From positions 255,006,001 to 255,070,000 of the forward strand of contig JBNRSN020000007.1 in the NCBI GenBank assembly GCA_051313645.2: DNA of 64,000 bases, written 5' to 3'. This DNA is from Centroscyllium fabricii (taxonomy: Eukaryota). A program made the position numbers and the translations under genes. A model generated the notes under the pieces. That model searched no databases and was not told the origin of the DNA. It was given only the letters and a program-made list of their open reading frames with translations. Below, piece by piece: positions 22,974 to 35,489 of the stretch (positions within the stretch are counted from its first letter, which is position 1; each line of letters begins with the position of its first letter).

Positions 22974-23807
22974 CAGGTTGAACACCATTAATCCGGCAGG
23001 GTCGGGACCAGCACCCTACCGGATTGTTGAAAATGCCGACTGATTGAAGCCACGGTGAGCGCATGCACAGATCATTCAAAATGGCCACCGGAAGTTTAAA
23101 CTCAGCGGCTGCAGCCAATCACAGCCCCTGGGCTCTCACACCACCTTACCCTAGACAGGCAAGCTCCAGCAATCACAGCCCAGCTCACACACCACCTGAT
23201 CCTAGACAGGCAGATTCCACCAATCACAGTCCCGGGCTGCGCCTCACACACCACCTGACCCCCAGACCACCAATCACAGCCCCGGGCTGCGCCTCACACC
23301 ACCTGACCCCAAGACCACCAATCACAGCCCCGGGCTGCGCCTCACACACCACCTGACCCCAAGACCACCAATCACAGCCCCGGGCTGCTCCTCACACACC
23401 ACCTGACCCCCAGACAGGCAAATCTCACCAATCACAGCCCACCTCACACACCACCTGACCAAAGGCAGGCAAGCTCCACCAATCACAGACCCGGGCTGCT
23501 CCTCACACACCACCTGACCCCCAGACAGGCAAATCTCACCAATCACAGCCCACCTCACACACCACCTGACCATAGGCAGGCAAGCTCCACCAATCACAGA
23601 CCCGGGCTGCTCCTCACACACCACCTGACCCCCAGACAGGCAAATCTCACCAATCACAGCCCACCTCACACACCACCTGACCATAGGCAGGCAAGCGCCA
23701 CCAAGCATCAATCACGGTGGCCATTTTGCGCATGTGCAGGGCAGTCGGGGCAATTTATGCTGGCCGACTGAAGCTGCCAGCTTAACGGATTAACGGTGTT
23801 CAACCTG
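22974..23807. mobile_element. Tc1/mariner (Tigger-like) MITE carrying an internal minisatellite
   Basis: TIRs CAGGTTGAACACC…/…GGTGTTCAACCTG with TA on both sides. Tandem 50-60 bp units at 23110-23700. Confidence 0.85.
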
Positions 23808-23855
23808 TACCTCACTGCCTTTAATTAACACAAAGGGGGACCACTATTGTTCCTG

Positions 23856-24221
23856 TAAAAAGGTTGAGGGGTGATCTAATTGAGCAGGTTAAAATGATAA
23901 AAGGATTTGATAAGGTAGATACAGAGAAACAAATTCCTCTGATGGGGGAATCCAGAACAAGGGGGCATAATCTTAAATGAGAACTAGGCCATTTAGGAGT
24001 GAAATCAGGAAGCACTTTTTCCCTCACACAAAAAGTAGTAGAAATCTAGAACTTTCTCCCCCCAAAAGGCCGTGGATGCTGTGTGAACTGAATTTTTCAA
24101 GACAAAGATTGATAGATTTTGGTTAGGTAAGGAATATGGAGCAAAGATGGGTAAATTGAGTTGAGGTACAGCTCATCCATGATCTAACTGAGGGGCTGAA
24201 TGGCCTACTCCCGATCCCATG
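23856..24221 (+). mobile_element. Old CR1 3' fragment
   Basis: AGGTTGAGGGGTGATCTAAT…TCCAGAACAAGGGGGCAT…GCTGAATGGCCTACTCC. Confidence 0.75.
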
Positions 24222-24454
24222 CACCAGAAATTTACATTTTTTGTCCAAGAACCAGTTCAACGGAAACAAAATGTGGCTAAAAAGTAGCTAACTTGCACTG
24301 TGATCAAACTTCAAAAATTATATAGGAAAACTGGAAAAGTAGTAAAGAAACTGCCAACTGGAGCCTATTTGAGGCTAAATTTTACTGCAATTACAATTTA
24401 ATTCCTTGCTTGGCAACAGATACTTCAAAAAAATACAGATGAGCCCATTTTTAC

Positions 24455-24525
24455 CGTTGCAAATTAGTTCCCTTAGCCTCTAATTCATCCCAAGTTTCCT
24501 TTTCATTTTTCCTGTGTTGCAGCAG
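24455..24525 (-). CDS. MTCL2: MTCL2/SOGA1 internal exon (71 nt), below ORF-track size
   Basis: TATTTTTCAG acceptor, LLQHRKNEKETWDELEAKGTNLQ-CG|GTAAAA. Supplies exactly the phase 0-to-2 shift needed to join 31197 to 22139. The GxNLQR end resembles MTCL1/SOGA1. Confidence 0.85.
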
Positions 24526-26051
24526 CTGAAAAATACAAAGAATGTGACTTGTAAACAATTATGTGGGAATTTGCAGGGTCTGCTGAATCCATTTTAATTT
24601 CCTCAAATATACGGACTGTGTCTGCAAATCACTCTAGCTTAACGTCCGAGAAAAACCACCTCCTCCCTGTGCTAGCTTGACAATAGCACCCTTCTTTGTA
24701 CCAACGTCACCAGGACACTGCAGGTCTTTGATCTTCTGCTTGATGTAGTTGCTGCGACAATTACATGCAGTAGAGGGTGGGGGGGTAAGAGTTCCCCCAT
24801 GCTATGTATTACTAAATTGTGAACCCATTTAGAAAGTGCACAGAGGAAATTTTCCACCGTGGTCTCATTATTTTAAAAAAAGTCCGGATTAAGAAGGAAA
24901 AAAGATGCAAATCATGGTACGAACTGAAAACACACCAAGCTTCTGCGGGAATTCAATTTATCCAAAATCATGTGACTTGAAATGCAATTCCTCTGTTAAT
25001 GATAAACAAGACAATGTCTGTTTTTTGCAAAAATTAACAAGCTACTAACAAAACTGCATTCTCAGAAATCTCAGTTCAAAAGAGAAAAACAGTCTCATTT
25101 TCTATTACAAGAAAAAATTCTCAAATGTGTTGTATCTAGCAGAACCACATTTACATTCTCGCCATCTACATTGTAATCTTGTGCGTCTTAAATTCAAAAT
25201 TTCCATTCTCCAAATCAACTTGCATTTACATAATACCTTTAATGTAGTAAAATGGGCATCACAATTTTGCTCCTTTTTCCACACAATTTCAACATATCCT
25301 ACAGATATGAGCAGATTTTTTCCTTTTTGCAGCACCTAGGTAAAGCTCAGTTCCCAGGCACAGTGAAGAGGAAAAAGAGGCAGGGGCCCATTATACTAGG
25401 TCTCTGCCCCCACTAATCTACGTTGGGATTCCCTTTGCATTTCCAGAGATATGACAAGTGAGTATGTGTCTAGAGTAGACATAGGCTCAGCATAATCATG
25501 GATACGAGGCGGGAGGGATATGCGCAGCCTCCCATCTGACTGTTGGGTGCCCCAAGAAGAAAGGCCGGCCCCAGAAGAAACAAGAAATTAGGGCAGGTCG
25601 ATTGAAAAATCAGACTCGGGTCATTTGATAGCTCAGAGTTTCTACCTTTGCCTTCATGACAATCTTTAGATTTCACGGCCTTCTAATTGCTACTTTCTGG
25701 CTGGATGGATCAGATTCTAATGGCCAGGGGCACAGCTGCATTCCTGCTTTTAGCCCCAACTCCACTGCAGGTCTGTTGGTAGTCTATCTAGCAAATATTT
25801 CCTGTTCAGAGCAGGAAAGTTGTTGCCCAGGCTGCCAGGTGGCACGCAAAGTATACCATCAGGCCTCACTGCTACACTACATAGGTCTACTGTACCATGT
25901 ACAGAAATCTGGGAAGGACAGTAGAATATGCCTAAGGAGGCTGATGTTTAGCAGGGATACTGCGACACCTATGCCATCTCTTTCAGGAAGATCTCCAGAC
26001 AACAACCAAATGACCGTGAGATTCATCTTGGCCCTTATTATTCAAAATAAT

Positions 26052-26784
26052 GGCCCAGAAATTCGGGTCACACCGCGCGAGTACGCGCTGGGTACTCATG
26101 CGTAGGCCCAACGAAAGTGCCGGTTTCGTGCGTGCACTGCGCATGCGCGGGAAACCGGAACTTCCGTTCCCCTGAAAGAAGGGGTTCAGAGGTGAAACGC
26201 GTGCGCGGGAGAGGCAGCGCGTGTGCATTGAACTTATGTTTTTTTTTTGCAGGTTTCTCCGAGAGGGTAAGTCTCCAGGAGTTACACATGTAAAAAGCAG
26301 GCGCAAGGCCTGCTTTTAACAAGGTAAGTGGTGAATTAATTAAAATTAAAGCATTTTTGCGACAGGTTTATTATTTTTAAATAGTTTAAAGGTAAGTTTA
26401 TTTTAGCCCCGTTAAAAAATGTAATCAATTTTTCAAAAATTTAAAATATTGTTTAATAGTTATTTTAAAAATGTGATTTAAAAAATGTATTTGAAGTTTT
26501 AGTTATGTTTTGGGGCTTATAGTATTTATAGGTTTGACAGCTCTTCCTGTCAAACTTATGAATGAAGCATTCTCTGCTCCCATTGGCTCTCCGTGGCCCA
26601 CGTGATCCCAGGGGACGCATCAAACTAACTGCGCCCCAGGACACGCAAGCACTGCGCGCCTGCAGTTGGAGGCGGCCCAGGATCGGAATACCACGTGGGC
26701 CCACAGCTCAACGGCCGGTGCGCAAGCGAAGTGTAAGTTGGAGGCTTGCACCCGTGGGAAGCCTCCGACCCAAATTTCTGGGCC
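26052..26784. mobile_element. PIF/Harbinger-type MITE
   Basis: TIRs GGCCCAGAAATTCGGGTC / GACCCAAATTTCTGGGCC with 3-bp AAT on both flanks. Sister copy at 32857-34105. Confidence 0.8.
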
Positions 26785-28091
26785 AATTATAAATAAATAT
26801 GCTGCACAATGTTCCAATTAAGTGCAATGCAATTAGTTCATCCATTATGCGGCGTGTGAATGCTGTCAGTTTGATAGAACACGGTGCTGCCCCTTTGTGA
26901 TCTGTTTCCGACATGTGAAATCTAACCCATCACTTGTAATTAATTCCTTGTGGAAGGGCAAGTGTGCTGCTTGGCTGCAGGATCTCGCCGAGTCTTTTGG
27001 GATTTGGGTGGCCCGAGACCACCTTGGGCTGTGCAATGTGAAAGCTCTGCATCTGAATCAGCTCCATCCGCTGCTGTGGTGGCTGAGTGGTTCCTCCTTG
27101 CATTTCCACCTCCTCCCACACCTGCTGTACCAGGCACTTCTAAGGAGGTGGCAATCAGTCTCACAAAGTGTGTCCTCCAGCAACCAAACTCACAGTGCCT
27201 GGACAGTAAACCTGCCTTTTCTTTAGCTAAAACACTCCATTCTTCAGTAAATTTGCTCAACCAGCATTTGGCAAGGCCTTCACAGTGCTACTTCAGCTAT
27301 TTAAGTGACACCTAATTGCAGTTAAATATTAGGACCATTGCCAAAACAAACTGCCCGGTGTGGTGCGACTCACAGATTAGCAGTTCTCATCTTATCCAAA
27401 CTGCCATCTCTCCACAAAATAGTGAGCATGGCGAACAGAGGTAGTTTTTAAAATGATGCTAAAATTGTGGAGCATGCTGAATAAGTTTATGGACAGACTT
27501 TATAAGCTAAGTGTTCTCCACACAGAGCTTCACACAATGGCAGTGCCTTTCAGAAGCAAGTGCATCCCACATAATTTTCGATCCATTAATTGTAATGGAC
27601 AGAAAATTGCACGACCCACACCAACTTTCACACTGATTTCGGCTATGTGCTCAGCGCTGGGAGCACTAATTTGTAAAGTATACACCCATAATAATTGTTA
27701 TAATGAATTAGAAACTGATTTGCTTCAAAAAAGATATTTTCTTGCAAGAAATGCAACTAAATCTACAAAGAATTGGCAGACTCAGAAATGTCGATTACTG
27801 GTCCATCACACCAGAAGAGCAGTGAATGCTCAATTAATTAGCTCTTGCTTGAGATGAAATTAAGATTATGAGGATAAATATATGCATAGTAGAGCAAATG
27901 ACATATGGAACACAACATAAATGAATTCTGTGGATACAGCTGGCTATGGTTGAATAACCAGAATTATGTCACATTAATATCCCAGCTATTTCACCTCGGG
28001 GGACATTTCACAAAGCTTTATTTTCTTGGCAGTCTCATCTCTCTCAGGAGAGTAAACAAATAAGGACAGGTCCGTGATACACTCTACATGG

Positions 28092-28732
28092 ATTCCAGTT
28101 CCGGCAGGAGCGGCCGCCACCCGGCGGCCGCACCTCTACTCCTCTGCGTGGAGTCAATTCGTTCTGGTCGACCGCCATTTGACGTCGGCGGCGCCGGGTG
28201 AGAGCTGGTGGGATGCGGGGCACAGTTCGGCCCCAGGCCTCAGGACGCTGCACCAGTTCGGCCTCGGTCCAGAGTTCGGACCTCCGGGGAGTCGGGATGG
28301 CCTTGGCTTGGTGTTCCGGGGAGCCTGTGTCGAGCGCCTGCAGGAGAGCTAGGCCCCAGGCCTTGGCCTGGAGTTCGGAGCTCAGGGGAGCTGGGACGGG
28401 CACTTGGAGAGGGCTAGGCCCCAGGACGCTGCGCCCGGAGTTCGGAGCTCCGTGGATTCGGGGAGCCGGCATGGTGTTGGACAGAGAGTGGCCACGGAAG
28501 AAACAGTGGCAGAGCGAGTTGACTGAGCGAAAGAGGACAATTTACCATCAGTTGAGTGGCCAGAGCAGGAACGGGACCCACGATGATGGCGCCGGAGAAT
28601 GGCTGACGTCTTGCGGGCTCGTTCGTGCCGGGCAGCTTAATTGTTGCGCGGTTGTTGCACGGTGCGTCGGGTAGCAGTAGGCTTTTCACTGTTTGAATTG
28701 TATTTGAATATGTGACAATAAATTGAACTTGA
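28092..28732 (+). mobile_element. GC-rich non-coding retroposon with a TGACAATAAA-(TTGAAC)n tail
   Basis: Flanked by ACATGG direct repeats (28086-28091, 28733-28738). Internal GAGTTCGGA and GGCCCCAGG repeats, LINE-type microsatellite tail. Confidence 0.6.
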
Positions 28733-29444
28733 ACATGGTGGTTGAAGAAATAAACTTGGGGGACTGAATGGCCTTTTATTCATTCCAATTTTAAAATGTT
28801 CCTCCAATAAATGTAATGCTGAATATACTCCATTTGCGACAATATAGGGGAAACCACCAATGTTTCTGTTTATACAATTAAAAACTAGGTGCTGGAGTAG
28901 GTCAGCACGATGGGCATTATTCCCCACAGAAGAGATGGATTTTACTTTCAGCCAACAGATTTCTTATTTCGGTAGTTTGATGCTGTGGAAAAGATGCACT
29001 TTGGCAAGTGCCTGGTGCTGGATTGTGACAAACTCTATTATGAAGTTGTAGGGCACAGCTTTGCACCCACAATTGCACAGCAGTTAGGCCGTGCAGCCGA
29101 GGAGCGGGGAAAAGGCATTCCGCCATGGGAGGCAAAACTTGGGAGTTCAGGGATGCTCCTGGCCAAAAACTTTTTTTCTTTATCATTGCCTCGTGAACAG
29201 CCCTGGCACAGGCATGGCAACTGGTCATCTGCCTTCCCCCTCAGCAAAGAAGAAATAAAGGAGATCCAAATAAAACACTAGATCTTTTTGAAAGAAGTTA
29301 GGGAGACATAAACAAAATTTAAAAATTGCAGAATTCTATGTAATTAAAAGCAGGTTAAAAAAGTGGGTTTCTTTGAATAGCGACAATAAAAAGCGCTGAG
29401 CATATCTGATATTACTGTCAATAATTTATCTCCATATAGTAATA

Positions 29445-30110
29445 CAGGTTGAGCACCGGTAATCCGGCACCCGATGGTCCGGCATGAATTGAAATTGGCG
29501 GTCTTCAGTTTGCGGAGCAGCCGCTCTGCGGCGCCACCATTTCCCGCTGTAAAGCATGTAAATTTATTTTTCAAAAAATTAAATTTTTGTTTTAAATATT
29601 TAATTAAATGCCATTTTAATTAATTTTAAATATGTGATTATTTTTATTTATTTGATGTCTAGGCGTATTTTCTGGGGTCTTCCAATTCATACTTGTGGGG
29701 TTTCCATACATACGGAATACCGATAAGAATGAATGGGGATTTCCTTCCCTCATTCATTAGGCCAACCCACGTGATCCCAGAGATGCTCGCGAACCGCCTG
29801 CACCCCGGGATATGTGGGCCTCTACCCGCCAGCACCCTGAGAGTCCCAGGACCGCGAATCTCCTTACCTCCTGGACCACCAGGTAGGCGGAAAATTTATT
29901 TGTGGATCGGTGGCATTTCCCCGCAGGAAGCCTCAGACCACAAATTCAGCCCCATCAATTATCTCTGCCATTCCTTCACTCTGAAGTACAAGGTAGCTCT
30001 GCTAATCAGTAAGTTTTCGATCCCTTATTCAACCTTCAGTGGTTCGGAATTTTCAAAAGGTCCGGCACCGGCCTGGTCCCGAGGGTGCTGGATTACCGGT
30101 GCTCAACCTG
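29445..30110. mobile_element. Tc1/mariner MITE enclosing a Harbinger-like fragment
   Basis: TIRs CAGGTTGAGCACCGGTAATCC / GGATTACCGGTGCTCAACCTG with TA flanks. The interior resembles the 3' half of the 26052 family. Confidence 0.75.
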
Positions 30111-30377
30111 TACTGGAACAAATAGGATAGGTGGCTGAATACCTAGACTGCAAGAATCCTTGGGCCGTGATCCTGCTGGAGTTCGTGGGGCCAGCGAAGG
30201 GGCACCTAATGTATATGGGGCAGGAGGGCACATCACCATTACTCATCTGCTCCATGCAGCCAGGAAATCGGACACCTGTCCTCCATGGAGGTCCTGGCCA
30301 ATTGCCCTGTGGCCACCTGTGTAAGGGGGGGTGATCAAGATTTAAAATAAAAAATCTCCTTTCATTGAAAGATCCTG

Positions 30378-30830
30378 GCTGCTGGCTCAGTGGGTAGCAC
30401 TCTTGCCTCTAATCAGAAGGATGTGGGTTCAAGTCCCACTCCAGAGACTTGAACACAAAAGCCAGGCCGACACTCCAGTGCAGTGTTGAGTGAGTGCTGC
30501 ACTGTTGGAGGTGCCGTCTTTCGGATGAGACGTTAAACTGAGGCCCTGTCTACTCTCTCAGGTGGACGTAAAAGATCCCAAGGCACTATTTCGAAGAAGA
30601 GCAGGGGAGTTATCCCCAGTGTCCTGACCAATATTTATCCCTCAATCAACATAACAAAAGCAGATTATCCGGTCATTATCACATTGCGGTTTGTGGGAGC
30701 TTGTTGTGTGCAAATTGGCTGCCTCGCTCCCCACATTACAACAGTGACTGCTTCACTGGGCTTGGCTGTAAAGCACTTTGGGACATCCGGTGGTCGTGAA
30801 ATGCGCTATATAAATCCACATGCAAGTCTT
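30378..30830 (+). mobile_element. SacSINE1-like Deu-SINE
   Basis: tRNA-like head (TGGCTCAGTGGG…GGTTCAAGTCCC), Deu core GGAGGTGCCGTCTTTCGGATGAGACGTTAAAC…GTGGACGTAAAAGATCCC, tail GCGCTATATAAAT. Confidence 0.85.
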
Positions 30831-31196
30831 TCTTTAAATACCCTACATCCACCCTGCCGTTCTGCGGTGGGTGCATCTTATCGCACTCTGTATACCGGCC
30901 ACCAGCCCCACACTGGGTCTCGAGTGAGCCAGAGAAATGGAACTGCTGGTGTCGGGAATTACTGTCCCTTGCTCTGCCCTCCCCCACAGCAACATTTGTC
31001 TTTTAAGGGGTGGGTAAAGGTTCTTGCTAAGCACACGTGCCAAAAAATCCCAGGAACATGGTACAATCGGGTACCTTCTGGTTTCTGGCGAGTTCTGCGA
31101 TGAACCCCCTTATATCTCTTTGGGGCCATAAGATTTGCACAGGATTAGAAGCACCTTAAAAACGTAGGGCACGTCAAGAAGCAGTGCTGCACGTAC

Positions 31197-31448
31197 CTGA
31201 TTGATGTTGTGTTGCATTTCCTTCAGACGCTGCTCGCTGCGGCTCTGCTCATCGTTAAATCGGTCCAGTAACTCTAACTTCTCTTGACTCCAGTTCTTTT
31301 CACTGATTTGAAGCTGCTGTGTTAGATCCATAACTGCGCTGTAGGACTCTGCCAGGAGCTGCTGATGCTCTTCCCTCTCCCACTTCAAGGCGGTCTTGAG
31401 ATCACCGGGAGCTTTCTCAGAGGTCAGTTTGCCAGCCCTGCCTTCCAG
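31197..31448 (-). CDS. MTCL2: MTCL2/SOGA1 exon (252 nt, SOGA1/2-like coiled coil)
   Basis: ACAACAG|CTG…CAG|GTACGT; EREEHQQLLAESYSAVMDLTQQLQISEKNWSQEKLELL. Confidence 0.93.
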
Positions 31449-31540
31449 CTGTTGTGGGACAGTTACACATTCAGCATCATCGACTGAAATTCCAGCAATT
31501 TTCACAACAGTCTGCTAGCCCCTGATTTTGAGGCTTAATA

Positions 31541-31879
31541 CAGGTACACAATCCTTTACCCGCGACTCCGAAAACAGAAAACCTCCAAAAAACAAAATTT
31601 CAAATGACCCGAGTTGCGCGCGAAAAATGATCCGACGCGACCCACGCAGGTCAGAGGCGTCAGTATCTGACCGCTGATCTCAGATATTTTTGCGAATTTG
31701 CGCCGTTATTTTTTGGAAAAATGCCTAAAAGAGCAGCAGACTGACCCACTTTTGTGACTATTTACCAGATTCGCTGCAGAAAAACGTATGTTTATGCGAC
31801 CATTCCGAAAACCAAAATTATCCAAAATCCAAGAACCGTCTGGTCCCGAGGTTTTCGGATAAAGGATTGTGCATACCTG
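31541..31879. mobile_element. Tc1/mariner (Tigger-like) MITE
   Basis: TIRs CAGGTACACAATCCTTTA / TAAAGGATTGTGCATACCTG (2-bp indel) with TA flanks. Confidence 0.75.
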
Positions 31880-32856
31880 TAATACAATGACATTTGAAAA
31901 GCTACGTCTATGCAATTTGATGGAAAATAGTTCATCTCCAGCTCGAGATCCAGTGCTTCTTTACCTGGATTTCTTGCATTTCTGGAAAATGTGTAATAAA
32001 AACACATTCTTCACTTTTTACATTTCTGAAATGACTCCAACCCAACCTTTTTTTAAACATTTAACTGCAGCTCCGATGAAAATATACTTCAAGTTGTCTA
32101 CTTCAAAAATCTTCTAGAATGTTGTCGATTTCCACAAGTCCTATTTGCATATGCTAGATAAGGAACGGGGGTGGGTTAATTCTGAGATGCCATGCTCCCA
32201 GCCAGGAAGCTGCAACATAGTGGAGATAGCGCTATGACAATGTAGCTCCGATTCTCTGTCCTAGGCTCCTCAAAGGGAATACTGTAAATTGCTTTCACAA
32301 TGATGCAGTCAAATATCACTTGGTTGTCAAGGTAGCTGAAACTGAGAAATCCTAGAATATTTTACCCTCTGATAATTGTGCGCACTGCGGATAATGGGGC
32401 CAGATTTTGCTGTCAAAGTAACAGTGAGGCTAATGTCGCTTAACGTTATTTATGTGCAAATGGTACAGGAATTTCAGGCGAAGGCAGATGCGCGGTTAAA
32501 CGTGGATATCCAAATGTAGCTGTCCGAGATGCGCCACTCCGCCATTAGCTTCGCAAAAACAACATCTTGCTGTCGTGCTTCACCATTGAAAAGCATTGAA
32601 TGGCGTGAAGTTGCTATATTGGTGCGGTATATACGAACTAAATGCGCCACAGAAAGTTAAGCCTTGTCCATTCCAGTCTAAGGGATTAGGGATGGGCAAT
32701 AAATGCTGGCCTTACCAGCGACGCTCACATCCCAGGAATGAATAAAAAAATACCTCTCTGGCACTAAAAATTAACTATTGTATGTGCGAGTCTCATTCCT
32801 TAAGGTTTTAATTGTTGGTGGAGATTTTAAAAAGTCAAATTTAAAATATAAACATT

Positions 32857-34105
32857 GGCCCAGAAATTCCAGTCGCCCCGGGTGAGTACACGCTGGGTGC
32901 TCACCCGTAGGCCCATCCGAAGTGCTGGTTTCGTGCATGTGCGCGAAACCGGCACTTCCGACCCCTGACAGAAGGGGTCAGAACACGTACGCATCACCGC
33001 ATGTGCGCAATGCACTTGCGATTTTTTTTTTTTTTAATTTTTTTTTAAACAGGTTCTATATCTGGGTAAGTAAGGAAAAAGTTACGTCTCCTATTTTCAA
33101 GTGCAAAGACCCCTTTTCAGAAGGCAAGTGGTGAATTAATTCAATGAAAAACATTTTTTTCCACAGGTTTTATTTTTAAATACAGGTTGTGCACCGAAAA
33201 TCCGTGTCCCGAATAGCCGGCAGCTTCAGTCTGCCGGCACAAATTGCCCCGACTGCACTGTGCATGCGCAAAATGGCAGCCGCCATCGTGGCTTCAGCGC
33301 ATGCGCAGATCATTCAAAACAGCTGCGGGTGTTTTGAATGATATGCGCATGCGTCACCGGACGGTTAGCGCATGCGCAGATAATTCAATACGGCCGCCCG
33401 TTATTTTCTCGACAGCTGAGCCCCGTGACTGAGGCAGACAGTCACTAGGCAACAGCTGTCAGCCTGAGTCCCGCTCGGCGGCAGCAGCAACCCCAAAGGC
33501 GATGGAGAGGGACGGCGGACCCGGGCCCGATCTGTGCATGCGCGCGCCAGCCAATCGCAATGTTGCGCGCGGCCATTTTGAATGGTGCGCATGCGCAGTG
33601 TCCAAACTCGTTCTCCCGGTTTTTTCCATTTCCCGGCACGGGCCTGGTCCCGCCCGTGGCGGATTAACGGTGCACAACCTGTACTTTAAAGAAAGGTAAG
33701 TTTATTTTTAGCCACGTTAAAAACTTTATTTTTTTCAAAATTTTTAATGTTTGTTTAATAGCTAATTTATGTAATTGATAGTTATTTAAAAAAATGTGAT
33801 TTAAAAAAATATATTTGAAGATTTACTGAGGTTTTGGGGCTTGTGTTATTCATAAGTTTGACAGGTCTTCCTGTCAAACTTATGAATGGAGCATTCTGCG
33901 CATTGGCTCTCCATGGCCCACGTGATCCCGCGCGATATCTCACACTAACTGTGCCGCTCAGATCCGGGAGCGTGGCGCGCCGGCACTTCAGGAAGGCCCC
34001 GCATCAGGATTCCATGTGGGGGCACAGCTCAACGGCCGGCGCGCTAGATAAGTGTCGGTTGGAGGCTTGCAATCGCGGGAAGCCTCCAACCCGAATTTCT
34101 GGGCC
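32857..34105. mobile_element. PIF/Harbinger-type MITE (26052 family)
   Basis: TIRs GGCCCAGAAATTC / GAATTTCTGGGCC. Colinear with 26052-26784 except for the insert at 33183-33681. Confidence 0.8.
33183..33681. mobile_element. Tc1/mariner MITE (inverted near-copy of 53862-54392)
   Basis: TIRs CAGGTTGTGCACCG / CGGTGCACAACCTG with TA flanks. Confidence 0.85.
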
Positions 34106-35489
34106 AATGTTTTTGTAAACTTTTCCTTTGTCTCTTTTTTCCTCTCTCTTAATGCAATCTTTCTTTCCCTCTCTTTATTTCTCTTCCTGTACCTGATTTG
34201 ACTGAATTCACTCACTCATTCCAACTTACACTTCCTTCTCAGTCCTTGCGCTTTTAATTTCACAATCCTTCAATCTCATTGGTTGTGGTGATACACAGTT
34301 GCTTGCCCTGATCACTCAGGTCCCAGATGTCCGTTTCCAGTTATCAACTTTCACTTTCAGCAACTTGCCACGCAAAAAATTTAAAAAACGAAATATGCAA
34401 GGGCAAGTCTAACTAACGGCAAATGCCATTAAGATGCCCTGCTACAGCAAATTATGGTCCATTGTGGAGTAGATTTTTTGTATTAGCGCTCGCAGCAGAG
34501 CTTTGCTGGATGGGCATAGCTATTGGAAAAAGAGGGGATAAGGCACTATATAAATGCAAGGTTTTTTTCTATTTTTATTTCTACCCAATACTAGCTGAAA
34601 ATTACAAAATAGTAATGCATTTCTGTAAAAATGAACACAATCTGTCTCTAGGGGTTCATTTCTCACAAGAAGGTTCACCGGACAGTACACAGCGTACAAA
34701 TTTCCATCTGAATCATATTCCCATGGTTGATACATGCAGCTGTGTCTATATGTCAGCCGAATGAAGGAAGCTGTGGTCTGCTGAGCTGAACACTTGTAAT
34801 ACTATGGTTTAGTTAAATCTGTGTGCCAATTTGTAAATCAGTACAGCTATTAGTAGGAAAGTGAAGGGAGGGGGGGGGGGGGTGGGGGAGGAGGTGATTG
34901 CATGAACAGTGGTGCCAAAAATTCCAGCATTCCTCCTAAAGTCAACGATTTGGATAGATATGCAAGTGTTTTGCAATTTTAGATTTAAACTCACATCCTG
35001 AACATTATTGATAAATGTTATAAATGCTGCACTCCACAAATGTCAGCATCGTCTGTAATATTAAACTGACACTATTTACTTTATCCCATCGTCCTTTGGT
35101 AATTTGATAAAATCAAATTGCTACATAGAAGGTTGCAGCAAAATTGTGACTGTCTGAGAAACATGGGGCCAGATTTTGCTCTCACACTAATGAGGCTAAT
35201 GGCGTTCGCTGTTATTTATGCGTAAATGGTACAACAACTTCAGGCAAGGAGCAGACCCCGTGGTTAAATGTCAATATTCAAACGTTGCTGTCCCAGTGGC
35301 ACTGCTCCGTCGTTAGCTTCACGAAAATGGCATCTCGCCGCCTGCCTCACCGTTGAATTGCAAAGAATGGCGGGAAGTTGCTGCATTTGCGTGGTAGATA
35401 CAAACTAAACTTGCCACAGAAAGTTAGCATTTCAAGCCTAAGGACCCTTTATAAGACATGATAAGTGTTAATTACAGCCAAACCTTGGC

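Larger units (their letters stand above)
32396..34460. mobile_element. Old Harbinger-type element hosting nested insertions
   Basis: Imperfect TIRs GGGGCCAGATTTTGCTGT / ACAGCAAATTATGGTCC. The left end has a paralogue at 35165-35490. Confidence 0.55.

Noticed and set aside
23063-23711. Repetitive ORFs and a CRISPR-like look
   Set aside because: Tandem minisatellite inside a MITE; no unique spacers or cas genes, and the context is eukaryotic.
25105-25335. Possible MTCL2 exon starting VLQKGKN
   Set aside because: Its apparent donor lies in a SINE/L2-like tail remnant, and the peptide does not resemble the family.
30378-30450. tRNA-like A/B boxes here and at the HE1 heads
   Set aside because: SINE heads continuous with SINE bodies, not tRNA genes.
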